Source: Macrostomum hystrix (Eukaryota > Animalia > Platyhelminthes). From it: a stretch of DNA of 64,000 nt. The notes under the pieces are model-generated. The model searched no databases. It saw only the letters and a list, made by a program, of their open reading frames with translations, and had not been told where the DNA came from. A program made the translations under genes and the position numbers. Numbering within the stretch: the stretch's first letter is position 1; each line of letters begins with the position of its first letter. Below, piece by piece: positions 36,872-48,495 of the stretch. The stretch covers positions 8,618,001 through 8,682,000 of the forward strand of contig CATNEN010000029.1 in NCBI GenBank assembly GCA_950097015.1. Reading direction: 5' to 3'.

Positions 36872-38879
36872 GGTAACAGGACAATTCGGTAACAGACAAT
36901 TCGGTAACAGACAGTTCGGTAACACCACAGGACAGTTCGGTAACACCACAGGACAGTTCGGTAACACCACAGGACAGTTCGGTAACACCACAGGACAGTT
37001 CGGTAACACCACAGGACAGTTCGGTAACATATCAAGGGACAGTTCGGTAACAATTGATTAAACTGGATCGGAAGGGTTTTTTGCGAAATTATTTTATATT
37101 TAGTTCGGTAAAGTTACAAAGTAAAATCAAAAGTAAAATTGCATGTTACATATTTCACATTTGGGCGTCAAATAAAAAATAAAACGTTAAAACTAAAAGC
37201 TAAAACTGAAACTGAACTGAAACTAAGACTGAAACTGAAACTAAGACTGAAGTCAAAGAAAAACATGTTACTTAGCGACAATGTACCGTGCTGCGGCCCG
37301 CAAAATTTGATTTGCCGTTTTCGTCCCAGCCTGATACTCTGCCCAATACTGAAAGATCTTCGCCTCCTTTGACTGATGAGCGCGTCTCTGATAGCGGCAA
37401 AGTCTCTCCTGGGACACCAGCTTCGCCTGGAGAGAGGCCACCCTTGCCTCATTGAAAAGGAGCGCAGCTAGCTTGTAGAAGCCAAGGTTACCGCTTCGCG
37501 CCCTCTGATTGAGTCGATTGTGATAACCTTCCGGGCCATTGTTGGTTCGAATGCTGCGGTTGAAAACGCTAACTTCGTCGAGCTGCCAGACATGACTGTG
37601 GATCCACGTGTTAGCGATGTACTCACAGAGTGCGCTCAGCTGCTCATTTTCTACTGCCTGTTGCAACTCCAAGAACTGAGCTTCCATGCGATTGCCAGGC
37701 AGAAAAGGGAGCGCCATTAATTTTTGGCAAAAGGCTCGGACTGTCTCATTGTTGGCATATGCCACTTGTAGGCCCAATGACTGCACTTGCCGCCAAATGG
37801 CTTGGGAGTAGTGGAAGTTGCAACCATGTCGCTTAACTTCCGGAAAAACTGTGGAGCATCTTCATCCATAGAGCTCTCTATATCGGCAGGGTGTTGTGGC
37901 TGCAGATCTGGTCGTAGGTCATCTTGAGCGAGCTCTATTTCCTCATCAGAAGAGCTCTCCATGGGGACATCCTGCTGCTGCTGTTGTTGTTGTTGATGAT
38001 GATGCAGTTGCTGCAGTTCATGTTGATGCTGATGCGGTTGCTGTTGCTGTTGCTGATGCTGAGGCTGTGGTTGTGGTTGTGGTTGCCGGCAGTTGTTGCA
38101 TCTCCATTGAAAGCAATCAAGTTGCTGAAGGGCACGGTACTCCAGCTGGCTGATGCCACTGCCACAAGTGCGGTGTTGCCAGCAGTGACACTCATCGCAT
38201 TGTAGACCTTGTTGTAGCCTACGTATGTCGTTGAAACAAACGACGCAGGCCGCGTGGTTCATGGTTCAACAATGTTACAATGTTTCTGATTCATGTTGAC
38301 TGTTGAGGTATTTAATTGTGCTTTGTGACTGTCTACACTGTACTTCCCAACACTGTACTTGCCAATGCACATTACGTTCTTGCATTAGTCATATTTTAGC
38401 CCCATGTTCACCGTGCGGCTGTCCCCACAACCCTATTTTGCTCACCCTCTGCCATCTTGCATATAATACAATTCTTGTATATTGATATAAATGCTACAAT
38501 AAATCGTATTTCAGCAGCCAACTAGCACACTTTAGGCCCATTCATACATTCATCAAGTGAGGCCAAATTTTGTGTGATCACACAATTTGCACTAATTTTT
38601 CATGCCTTTGTACATCCTTTTGAACAAGCTTTTACCCTACTTGCACACTCTAAATGACGTGTCAGTTTCAGATACATCAGTAACATCAGTCAGTTGTGTC
38701 CTAGCAACGATAGTAGATACATTGTTAGAACAAACCTAGATTGTTATTATTGACTTTCAATTGTTACCGAACTGTACCCGGTGTGTTACCGAACTGTCTC
38801 TTGTATGTTACCGAACTGTCCTTGAGTGTTACCGAACTGTCTGTTACCGAACTGTCTGTTACCGAACTGTCCTGTATTC
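36872..38879 (-). mobile_element. Mutator-like (MULE, Phantom-type) element, internally deleted, with tandem-repeat TIRs
   Basis: 8-bp TSD CAGTAGAG at 36864-36871 and 38880-38887; TIRs built of GACAGTTCGGTAAC units (36872-~37057 and ~38757-38879); internal transposase fragments. Confidence 0.88.
37268..38262 (-). pseudogene. MULE transposase remnant: N-terminal PHD finger and polyQ, joined out of frame to the catalytic C-terminal third
   Basis: CVVC..CDECHCWQHRTC..WRCNNC is a C4HC3 PHD finger. A second frame reads FPEVKRHGCNFHYSQAIWRQVQSLGL, LMALPFLP and RTNNGPEGYHNRLN (MULE CxxH and catalytic Glu region). The middle of the protein is absent. Confidence 0.85.
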
Positions 38880-41324
38880 CAGTAGAGCCACTAGCTACTC
38901 AGTTACATATACCTGATAATTCAAGCTTTGTTCAAGCTACTGTGCATTGACATCGGTTATAACTTCAGTGGTCACAGTTCTCAGAAAAGTTAGTTTCAAA
39001 TTAGTTATACAGATGTTGAGCATAAAAAGTATAGCAAAATATTGCATTGGGAACAATTTGCTTTAGGTACTGAAAAGCAGTCCCCACCCACCCCAAGAGC
39101 TAGGGCCTATACCAAAAAGTACAGACTAGTACCAAAATTCATACAATCCCTCAAAAGTAGTGGCAGTAGTTTAGCCTTAGCAGTCAAACTCATACAAGTA
39201 TTTTTTCTTAAATGAACAAAATCAAATGAATTGGTTAAAGAATTATTACTTACCAAGAAAATTTGGGAGCATTGTCAACCTTGGGCGCAGTATCATTTGA
39301 ATTCTGTGGCCCACCAAGCTTTCCCCAAAGACAACCCATATTTTAAGTATTATTTAGCTAGTAGTAGGCCGAGTAGGATTAGAGCCAGGAAAACAAAATC
39401 TTTATTAGAGCTCAATAAGGATTGAGCTAAATTGTTCAAAATAGGCTAAGAGAGTTTGTAATTGGACAGTCTTAATTTTCTAGCAAATAGGTCGAAGCTT
39501 AGCTAGGCCAAAACATTTAATAAACTGAACTCAGTTGGCGCCCTAGTGCAGGAAATGCATAAAAAGCTCTGCCCTCTTGTTTTTTTAATTAAATGAAGCC
39601 GAAGACTTGAATTGACGAGAATTAGTAAAACTAGTCCCCAATTAAACACTATAATACTTTAAGTATTAATTAAAATAAGGAAAAGAAAAGCACTGACAAT
39701 TTAAAAAATCTCGGTAATTTTTTTAATCTACAGGCTCTAACTAGTCTTAGTAGTTAGTTTACAGAAACTAGTAATAAAATAGGACGGTCGATTTAGAAAA
39801 CTTGTCTTCTTAGAACGTCATTGTTTATAATTGAATACTTTTTATTTCCTAGAAACTAGACAAATGCACTTAACAAAAATATACATTATTTATAAAAACT
39901 CTGATGTAATAAAAGCAACGTTTATATAGGCCCTATTTTGACAAATGGCTATACTTTGTATTTTTGCTCAGGTAAATCTGTAAAAATGTTTTGTCGCTTT
40001 GACATTTCCATTTCCTTCAATTAGCCGGGCGAACAGACAGACAGAACAGGCGGGCATGGTCATAATTTTATGCCTGGGCCTTTTTATTAGTTTTGAGCTT
40101 TTTTGAATCGACAGTCGACACTGGCATGAAAAGTAAAGTCAGTGAAATAAATTATCACAAGAGAATAAGCCACATCCTAATTTTTATGATTGTAATAGGT
40201 TATTGGACACTAAGCAACTTCGTCATCAGCTTTTTCGTCATCTGGATCTGGATGACGAAGTGTCCAGGGTCTAAGAGGGTGGATGACGTAATGACCAAGA
40301 CTTGTAGATACTTCGTACTCTACGATTTATGACAGGGTGCATGTTTAAGCGATGCTAACATAACTAACATTCAGAGTTAATGCTTTTGGCTATCTATTAC
40401 ACATTTTTCAAATCCAATATTATATCTAATATTACTGATGTTTTAAGTATGCTAGTCCGCATATCAATAGGTAATACAATACTTATGGGCCTGGACTTCA
40501 TACATGGGCCTAGGGTCTTGATGAAATTTGATAAAAAACTAGAATGCTTCTGACTCCCTAACAGTTAGGTTGTAGCTTTTTAGACAAATGTTTTTATGCA
40601 TTAGAGTGTTATTCTACTAAAGCTCTGTAGCTACTCCACATCATATACTTAAGCAGATTTTTTCTAGTTTATATAGGCATATTGTCTTGTAATGGCATGC
40701 CTTGGCTTGGTATGTAAAGGCAGGGCAGGGGCAAAATATATATAGGCTATTATCCCCCTGCCCCTCCCCAAAATTTTTATACTTGCAATTGGTGTACCCT
40801 ATTTTATCTAATGTATAAAGCTCTCTATTAGCTATAGCCTGTACTTTAGCCACATAGATTTGTTGTCAAATAGGCTTTCACTGAATTAACTGGTTGTCAC
40901 AATTAGCTAGTATTGGCACACCTCACAGTGTCCATTGGAGCAATGGTACCTCCTTGGTATAATGGTGCCTACTAGTTGTAGGGCCTGCTACCCAAATGTG
41001 TACCCCTTTCCAAAAAATGATTGCTGATTCATTGTTAATAGTACTTAGGCATTGATTAGGTTTGTTATAATAAGCCTATAGTATCATGATCTAGCTAGTG
41101 TTAGCATAATGGTCAGTGGCCCAGTGTGCAATCAATAATAATTATTTATCATACCTGCCTCCATTGGACCAGATGTGTAGCCAACCTATAGCAATAGCAA
41201 TTGCACAGAGCATCTAAAGTCTGCATATAGTTGTTTAGTCTATGGACTTATGGGATGCTATACCCTCAATTCCTCTAGCTAATCCTAATACCTTGTACCC
41301 ATTAAACAGCTAGGCGAACTTGCA

Positions 41325-41420
41325 GAGTTAAAGACAAATTGTTCTAGTGGCAGTCAGGAATCAAACCTCCAACCTGTAATTTTAGAGTCTCATGCCCTAA
41401 CCACTAGGCTATAGCACCCT
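41325..41420 (-). mobile_element. tRNA-derived SINE head (diverged)
   Basis: Reverse complement reads TAGCCTAGTGGTTAGGGC...GGTTTGATTCCTGACTGCCACTAGAACAA, matching the other copies. Confidence 0.65.
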
Positions 41421-42076
41421 TTTAACTATCAATCATCAATCTCTGGTCTAGTTTGTGCTCTAGTATAGTATAGTATATTATCCAAAGTAGGGTTAACCCT
41501 GACTACCATGTCTAGATAACAATTATAAATTATAGACAAATCATGACAGTGATTCTATATTCTTCAGCTATATATACTTTTAGGTAGCCATATGTACCTG
41601 TGTCACCCTGTCAATTTAATTATTAGACAATGTCTAGATTCTTACTGCACCTTGTTATTGGTCCTCATGTGAATAGTTGGATAAGCTCCAAAGCCTTCTC
41701 TTTGCTGCTACCCTTAATTAATGTAGCAAATTAAGTTTACTTTGTAATTTATTTGAGCATATGAACTTGATAACAATAGTCAGAAAAATTGATCTGCCAC
41801 TTAACCCCTTGTAAATCAGTTTAGTTAAAGTAGCCTAGTCTATCATATATTTATTTATTAGCAATGCTATCCAATCAAACTAATTAACAAGTTTTTGAAA
41901 ATTAAATAATATATTAAACAATGCAAGAACTTGGCTGTATTTCATAAATCAGTGCAAAAAAATGCAAATCAGTGCAAATTCATGTCTATTTTTATTTTCA
42001 TGCATCTTTCTAAAGTAGCAAGGCTAATTGTATGGGATTTTTTTGCAGATTCAAATTACTACAGTTCAAATGCGCT

Positions 42077-44121
42077 ATGCCACCCAGCTTAGAGAAGCAG
42101 CAGCAGCAACAGCCAGTTGCATTTAGCCACAACAATCTGCACTTTTGGCAGCGTGTGGCAGCTTCCTCCTTAGGCGGCGTGGCCACCTCGTTGACCATGA
42201 CGCCATTCGATGTTGTGAAAACTCGCATGCAAGCGCAGGCAAGGCCACAGAAATTTGGCAGCGGCAATTGCTTCCTGTATTGTAATGGCCTGATGGATCA
42301 CCTGTGCATGTGTGCGCCCGATAATGATAAATCAGTACCCTGGTATAGAAAACCGGGAGCCGCCAAGTTCACGTCACCCCTGGTGAATTCATTTCTAACC
42401 ATGTTTACCTGTATGATTTTGAACGTTAGATTGTTATTGGAAGTAAATTTACATGGCAAACTTACAATTAAACTACTATTAATTAGGACGCATTGATCAA
42501 AATAGTTCGTCACGAGGGTCCTCAGTCTCTCTACTCCGGCCTATCTGCGACCCTCATCCTAGCCATACCTAGCACTGTGATCTACTTCACTAGCATGGAC
42601 TTGATAAAGGCTAGCCTGGGCTACAGGCCGCCACACGATACAGATGGCAAAGCATGGGTGCCGCCTGTTGCTGCCGTCTCAGCTCGACTGGTGTCAGTGA
42701 TGTGTGTGTCACCACTAGAACTGGTGCGCACCAGTATGCAGGTGAGACAGATATGACTGCGCGGAGACAACTGTTAAACTGTTGATCTACCGTTATCCTG
42801 AATGCCATGACAAACTGTTGATCTGCCATTATCCTGAATCCCATGACAAACTAATGATCTACCATTATCCTGAATCACGTGACAAACTAATGATCTGCCG
42901 TTATCCTGAATCCCATGACAAACTAATGATCTGCCGTTATCCTGAATCCCATGACAAACTAATTATCTGCCATTATCCTGAATCCCATGACAAACTGTTA
43001 ATCTGCCATTATCCTGAATCCCATGACAAACTGTTAATCTGCCATTATCCTGAATCCCATGACATACTGTTAATCTGCCATTATCCTGAATCCCATGACA
43101 AACGGTTAATCTGCCATTATCCTGAATCCCTTGACAAACTGTTGATCTGCCATTATCCTGAATCCCTTGACAAACTGTTAATCTGCCATTATCCTGAATC
43201 CCTTGACAAACTGTTAATCTGCCATTATCCTGAATCCCTTGACAAACTGTTGATCTGCCATTATCCTGAATCCCTTGACAAACTGTTGATCTGCCATTAT
43301 CCTGAATCCCTTGAGAAACTGTTGATCTGCCATTATCCTGAATCCCATGACAAACTGTTGATCTACCTTTAAGCCCGAATTATCCCTGTCAAACAATTTA
43401 ATTCCGAATTATCCGTGCCAAACTACTTTATCCTGAATTATCCTTATCAAAATATTTTATCCCGAATTATCCTTGTGAAACAAGTTTATCCCGAATTGTC
43501 CCTGTAAAACTATTTTTTCCAAAATTATTCCTGTCAAACGTTTTCCCGAATTCTCCCTGTCAAACTATGTTTTCCTGAATTATCCATGTCGAACTTCAAG
43601 CCTAACCGATTTCCCTTTCCCAGACGCAGCGCACAGACTGGTCGATGGTGCTTCGCTCAGCCAGTTCTGAGGTCCGCGCCCACGGGCCTCTCACCCTGTG
43701 GCGCGGTGTTGTGCCAACCCTACTGCGCGACTTGCCTTTCTCTGGTATCTATTGGCTGACATTCGATTCGCTTAGGACCGCTAGGCTGCGCTACGCCAAT
43801 GTCGATTCGTTGTCTATGGCCGAAGCTGCCAGCCTGGGCGGTCTGGCTGGCCTAATCGCCGGCCTAGCCACTCTGCCATTCGACGTGGTTAAGACGCACA
43901 AGCAGATGGAGCTGGGTGTTAGGGCCGGCGAGAAGGCCGCTACTGGCGACTCGGTGCTCAGCGCGATGCGCAGTCTGGTCAAACAGGGCGGCTTTGCAGC
44001 TCTGTTCACAGGACTGGCGCCTCGCCTACTCAAAGTGGTGCCCGCTTCGGCCATTATGGTTGGCAGTTTCGAGTGCTTGAAGAATTATTTTAGCAGGGCC
44101 AATGCTGACTCGAGTGTTTGA
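42077..44121 (+). CDS. SLC25A40: Mitochondrial carrier SLC25A39/SLC25A40-like, 352 aa; join(42077..42382,42487..42741,43624..44121)
   Basis: Carrier signatures [22 protein letters not shown] and [11 protein letters not shown]; family-specific insert [13 protein letters not shown]; phase-0 GT-AG introns. Cannot distinguish A39 from A40. Confidence 0.92.
42775..43600. repeat. 36-bp minisatellite plus degenerate CCCGAATTATCC repeats in SLC25 intron 2
   Basis: Unit ATCTGCCATTATCCTGAATCCC(A/T)TGACAAACTGTT(G/A) to ~43368, then looser repeats. Confidence 0.92.
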
Positions 44122-44274
44122 TTTATTAGATCTAGTCTGTTTTTTTAATCTATTTGCTCGTGATTATCATCTATAATTATTTTTTAATAATTGGTTTTTA
44201 GTCTATCAAAGCAAGAATTCAAAAAAATTAAGGATTCGACATCTTCCAGTGGACTCGACTATGTAAACTAGCTC

Positions 44275-44545
44275 TTGCCCTTAGACAGACAAAAGCCTGG
44301 GGATTCAAATCCCATGAAGGCCTTAGCCCTTAGACAATAGCCTGGGGATTGAAATCCCAATGAAGGCCATAGCCCTTAGACAAAAGCCTGGGGATTGAAA
44401 TCCCATGAAGGCCATAGCCCTTAGACAAAAGCCTGGGGATTGAAATCCCATGAAGGCCATAGCCCTTAGACAAAAGCCTGGGGATTTAAATCCCAATGAA
44501 GGCCTTAGCCCTTAGACAAAAGCCATTGAATTAAAATCCCATGCA
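44275..44545. repeat. 45-bp tandem repeat with an internal hairpin, about 6 copies
   Basis: Unit GCCCTTAGACAAAAGCCTGGGGATTGAAATCCCATGAAGGCCATA; no unique spacers. Confidence 0.9.
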
Positions 44546-44909
44546 GAATAGGTAATAGCCATTAAACAGAACCTTAGCAGTTCTATACTCCACATTAAAT
44601 GAATATAGGCATGGGTAATCTAGTATTTTAGTCATATTTTTGTTATAAATAATCATAAATCATAACTTTCTGATTTTTACAGTTTCGATTCAATCTTGAC
44701 TATGTATGCCAGTGCAGAATCCAGTGATTCTTCAGATCGTTTCAGAATGCATGAAATTTTTCAGCATTTTTTATCAAATCCTGACGTGCTCTTTGTATTA
44801 AAACAGGTGACTTTTATTCGTGTATATTGAGTTGTCGAAGTAAAAAGTGGAGTTCGATGTGAATAATGGCGAGCTGGTGCCGCTAAGCTGACTACTTTTT
44901 TATTTGCTT

Positions 44910-45325
44910 AACGGTAGGTAGGACTACCAAGCCATTTTGCCGCCCGTTTATACTAATGGGGGGATTTCCCAACAGCGTTGGGTGGTGACTGATTGGTTGA
45001 CAGACTCGGCAATCGTTTACTGTGGTTGATCTGCGCCTAATATTTAGGCTTGATCAGTGAAATTGTAGAAATTCGCGTCAGGGTGTCCATAGTGGCCTAG
45101 TTCCACCTGTCGTAGCCCTTTAAGGTCCTGCAGTCCGTCTAGATAAAGGTAGGTGACCACCGAAGACGGAGATGATGCAGGCACATTCGGGTGACATGCT
45201 GATAAATTTTGAAGGCCTGGCAAGGCCGCACTGAGGCTCGGTGCTAATTAGCATCGTGTATAGGGGAGTATGAAATGAAATACACTAGCGCTTATGGGAA
45301 AAATCCGACCTTCGGCCAGAACCTG
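44910..45325 (-). repeat. Dispersed repeat of unknown family, copy 2 (inverted relative to 21005-21455)
   Basis: Reverse-complement match to 21005-21455 with scattered substitutions and indels. Confidence 0.85.
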
Positions 45326-45485
45326 ATCAGTTCGCTGATTTCTTGTTGCTAATTTTCATTTCAGTTAAAGGCGAGGAATAACTCTTGACAGCAATGAACG
45401 AGTGAGATCAGCCTCTCAAAGGCAAGCGCTGAAATCAACAGCGAGATAGTGATAAAACAATCAGAATCATTCATTGAAGTGCACA

Positions 45486-48400
45486 ATGAGCCGCGTTATC
45501 AAAAGCTTGCGCAATCTGGAAATCGCCGGCCGATTGGATCTGTCGTCAAAGTCCTCCAGTCGATTGGAAGACGATGATCAGCAGCAGCAGGCGACGGCAG
45601 CGGCAGATGGCGCTGGAAAATCTGGCAGCCTATTGAGCCGATTGAAGCCGGGCAAGCAGAAGAGCTACGAGAGCCTCATGGACGCCGGTTCGCCAACTGA
45701 GGAGCGGCCGCAGCAGCAGCAGTCAAGCTGGGCCACATTCGATGATTGCACTAATCTGATTGATCTCTCCTCCCCGTTGCCACCGCAACCGATGCCGACG
45801 CAGATTCAGCCGGCCTTATTTATCGACGTATCGGCTCCACCCGATGAGCAGGAGCAGCAACGGCAGCAGCAGCAGCCGAAGCCAATAATCATTCGATCGG
45901 ACAATGGTGCCGCTAAGCACAGCGCCAGTCTAGAGGGCCTGAACGTGCAAACGGCTGGCGGCCAAGCAATTTTCAATCCGTCGTTTCGCAAAGAATCCCC
46001 GAAGGCTAAGGCCGCGCCGGCGCCGCCTCCGTCGAGATCTTCGACTGCTAATTCGGCTCGAACGCCGCCGCCAAGGCCGGGTCAGCCACCGCCAAGACCG
46101 AGCCAGCCGCCGAAGGTAATGAGCTGATGTTGGCTTGCTTCATTTTCATTAATTAGCATTTCCATCTACGAGTAAAATACGACAACGTTTCCCATAACAC
46201 AGATAACTACAAGCGCTTCAAGTAACGCTCTGCTGCTGCTGGATCTAGATTTTGGCCAGCCACAGCAGCAGCAGCAGCAGCAGCAGCAGCCCGTGACAAA
46301 ATCGCGCAAAGCGCCTGCACCACCGCCTCCATCTCAGCGGAGACAGCCTCAGCAGCAGGCTTTGCCTACTCCATCTTTTGCCGCCTCCCAGCTGTCTCCG
46401 GGCGCTGTTTGTTTAGCTAAATTTGATTTGGCCAATACACCAGATCCCGGCATTCTCACCTTGCAACGAGGCGATCGTTTAATAATTGTTCGACAGGAGG
46501 ACGACAACTGGATGGTGGCCAGAAGGCTGAGCGGCGACGAACGAGAGGGCCTTGTAGCGTGCAGCTATTTGGAATTGGCTGACAACTGTGAGTTTATTTT
46601 ATTGCAAGCGTTTCGGAAAGATGTGTCTCCAGGTGAATCTAGGTGTGTCTCCAGGTGAATCTAGGTGTGTGTCTCCAGGTGAATCTAGGTGTGTCTCCAG
46701 GTGAATCTAGGTGTGTGTCTCCAGGTGAATCTAGGTGTGTGTCTCCAGGTGAATCTAGGTGTGTCTCCAGGTGAATCTAGGTGTGTCTCCAGGTGAATCT
46801 AGGTGTGTCTCCAGGTGAATCTAGGTGTGTCTCCAGGTGAATCTAGGTGTGTCTCCAGGTGAATCTAGGTGAATCTAGGTGTGTCTCCAGGTGAATCTAG
46901 GTGTGTGTCTCCAGGTGAATCTAGGTGTGTCTCCAGGTGAATCTAGGTGTGTGTCTCCAGGTGAATCTAGGTGTGTGTCTCCAGGTGAATCTAGGTGTGT
47001 CTCCAGGTGAATCTAGGTGTGTGTCTCCAGGTGAATCTAGGTGTGTCTCCAGGTGAATCTAGGTGTGTCTCCAGGTGAATCTAGGTGTGTCTCCAGGTGA
47101 ATCTAGGTGTGTCTCCAGGTGAATCTAGGTGTGTCTCCAGGTGAATCTAGGTGTGTCTCCAGGTGAATCTAGGTGTGTCTCCAGGTGAATCTAGGTGTGT
47201 GTATCTAGGTGAATCTAGGTGTGTCTCCAGGTGAATCTAGGTGTGTCTCCAGGTGAATCTAGGTGTGTCTCCAGGTGAATCTAGGTGTGTCTCCAGGTGA
47301 ATCTAGGTGTGTGTATCTAGGTGAATCTAGGTGTGTCTCCAGGTGAATCTAGGTGTGTCTCCAGGTGAATCTAGGTGTGTCTCCAGGTGAATCTAGGTGT
47401 GTGTATCTAGGTGAATCTAGGTGTGTCTCCAGGTGAATCTAGGTGTGTTTATCTAGGTGAATCTAGGTGCGTCTCCAGGTGAAAAACATTCCTTCCAGTA
47501 GTTATCTATGTTACTCAAGCAGTTACTACTGCGAAATAAATTATAATCTAGATAATCATTGACCGAACCTTTGTATGCGAAATGCTATTTATAAATGTTT
47601 CTAGCCATTTAGCTAGACTAAAAAACCGTAAGCAGTGATAAGATCGGCCCGTGATATTCCAGTTATGTTACTAACACATAGTTTAGTTCCAGCTGCCTAA
47701 TTTTACTGCTTCCAAAGCATGTAGAACAATTTTGAAATAAAAATTTGCAGTGCTACAGTATACGAGTATAAGATATACAGCAAAGGGGCACAGTGACACA
47801 GGGCGCAATTTGGTTTGATATTCAAAAGCTCTACTAACCTCTAGATTGCTGCTGAGTTGCAACAACTTGTAGCAAATATTTGTGCTGCTTAGAACTTCTG
47901 CCCCTTTGATTGTATTGAAGCGACCGCGCCCGAACCCGCGGACGATTCGATTGGAATTGCGCGCGCTCTGCACGATTATCGATCCGATCATTCCGGCGAT
48001 CTGAGCTTCTCTACCGGCCAGTTGATTGTGAAAATTCGCCAGGTCGATTCTGATTGGCTGGAAGGCCAGCTGGCTTCCAGCGGGCAGCGCGGCCTATTCC
48101 CAGCCAATCACGCTCAACTAATACTCTACACTGCCACTGCTAAGCACGCTTTCCCGGCTCAACAGGCCGGCGATTTAGCCCTAGAAGTCGGTGACGAAGT
48201 TGACATTCAGTCCGAGCTGCCCGGCGGCGAATGGCTCCAAGGTCGGCGAGTTCGCGACGGAGCTGACGGCACATTTCCTGCGGCCTTTATTGTCCGATCC
48301 GACGTGGCTAGTCAAGGAAAGCCAACGGCCCGGGCGATCTACGATTTTTCTGGCCGCGAAGTGGACGAGCTGAGCCTGCAGGCTGGCGACCTGCTGACGG

Positions 48401-48495
48401 ACCTAGTCGAGCAGGGGCCAGATTGGATGGCGGGTGTCGCCGTTGCCGATGGTCGCCGCGGCATCTTTCCCAGGGCCTTCGTGGAGATGCTCTGA
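45486..48495 (+). CDS. Proline-rich four-SH3 adaptor (SH3D19-like), 510 aa; join(45486..46115,46260..46587,47921..48495)
   Basis: Low-complexity Pro/Gln N-terminus with SWATFDD and NLIDL motifs; four SH3 folds (e.g. ARALHDY..DLSF..W..G..GLFPAN; ARAIYDF..ELSL..DW..GIFPRAFV). Intron phases 0 and 1 close to 1533 nt. Confidence 0.85.
46620..47482. repeat. 22-bp minisatellite in SH3-gene intron 2
   Basis: Unit CCAGGTGAATCTAGGTGTGTCT, about 39 copies. Confidence 0.95.

Noticed and set aside
44275-44545. CRISPR-like palindromic repeat containing ATTGAAA
   Set aside because: Units are directly tandem with no unique spacers, there are no cas genes, and the context is eukaryotic.
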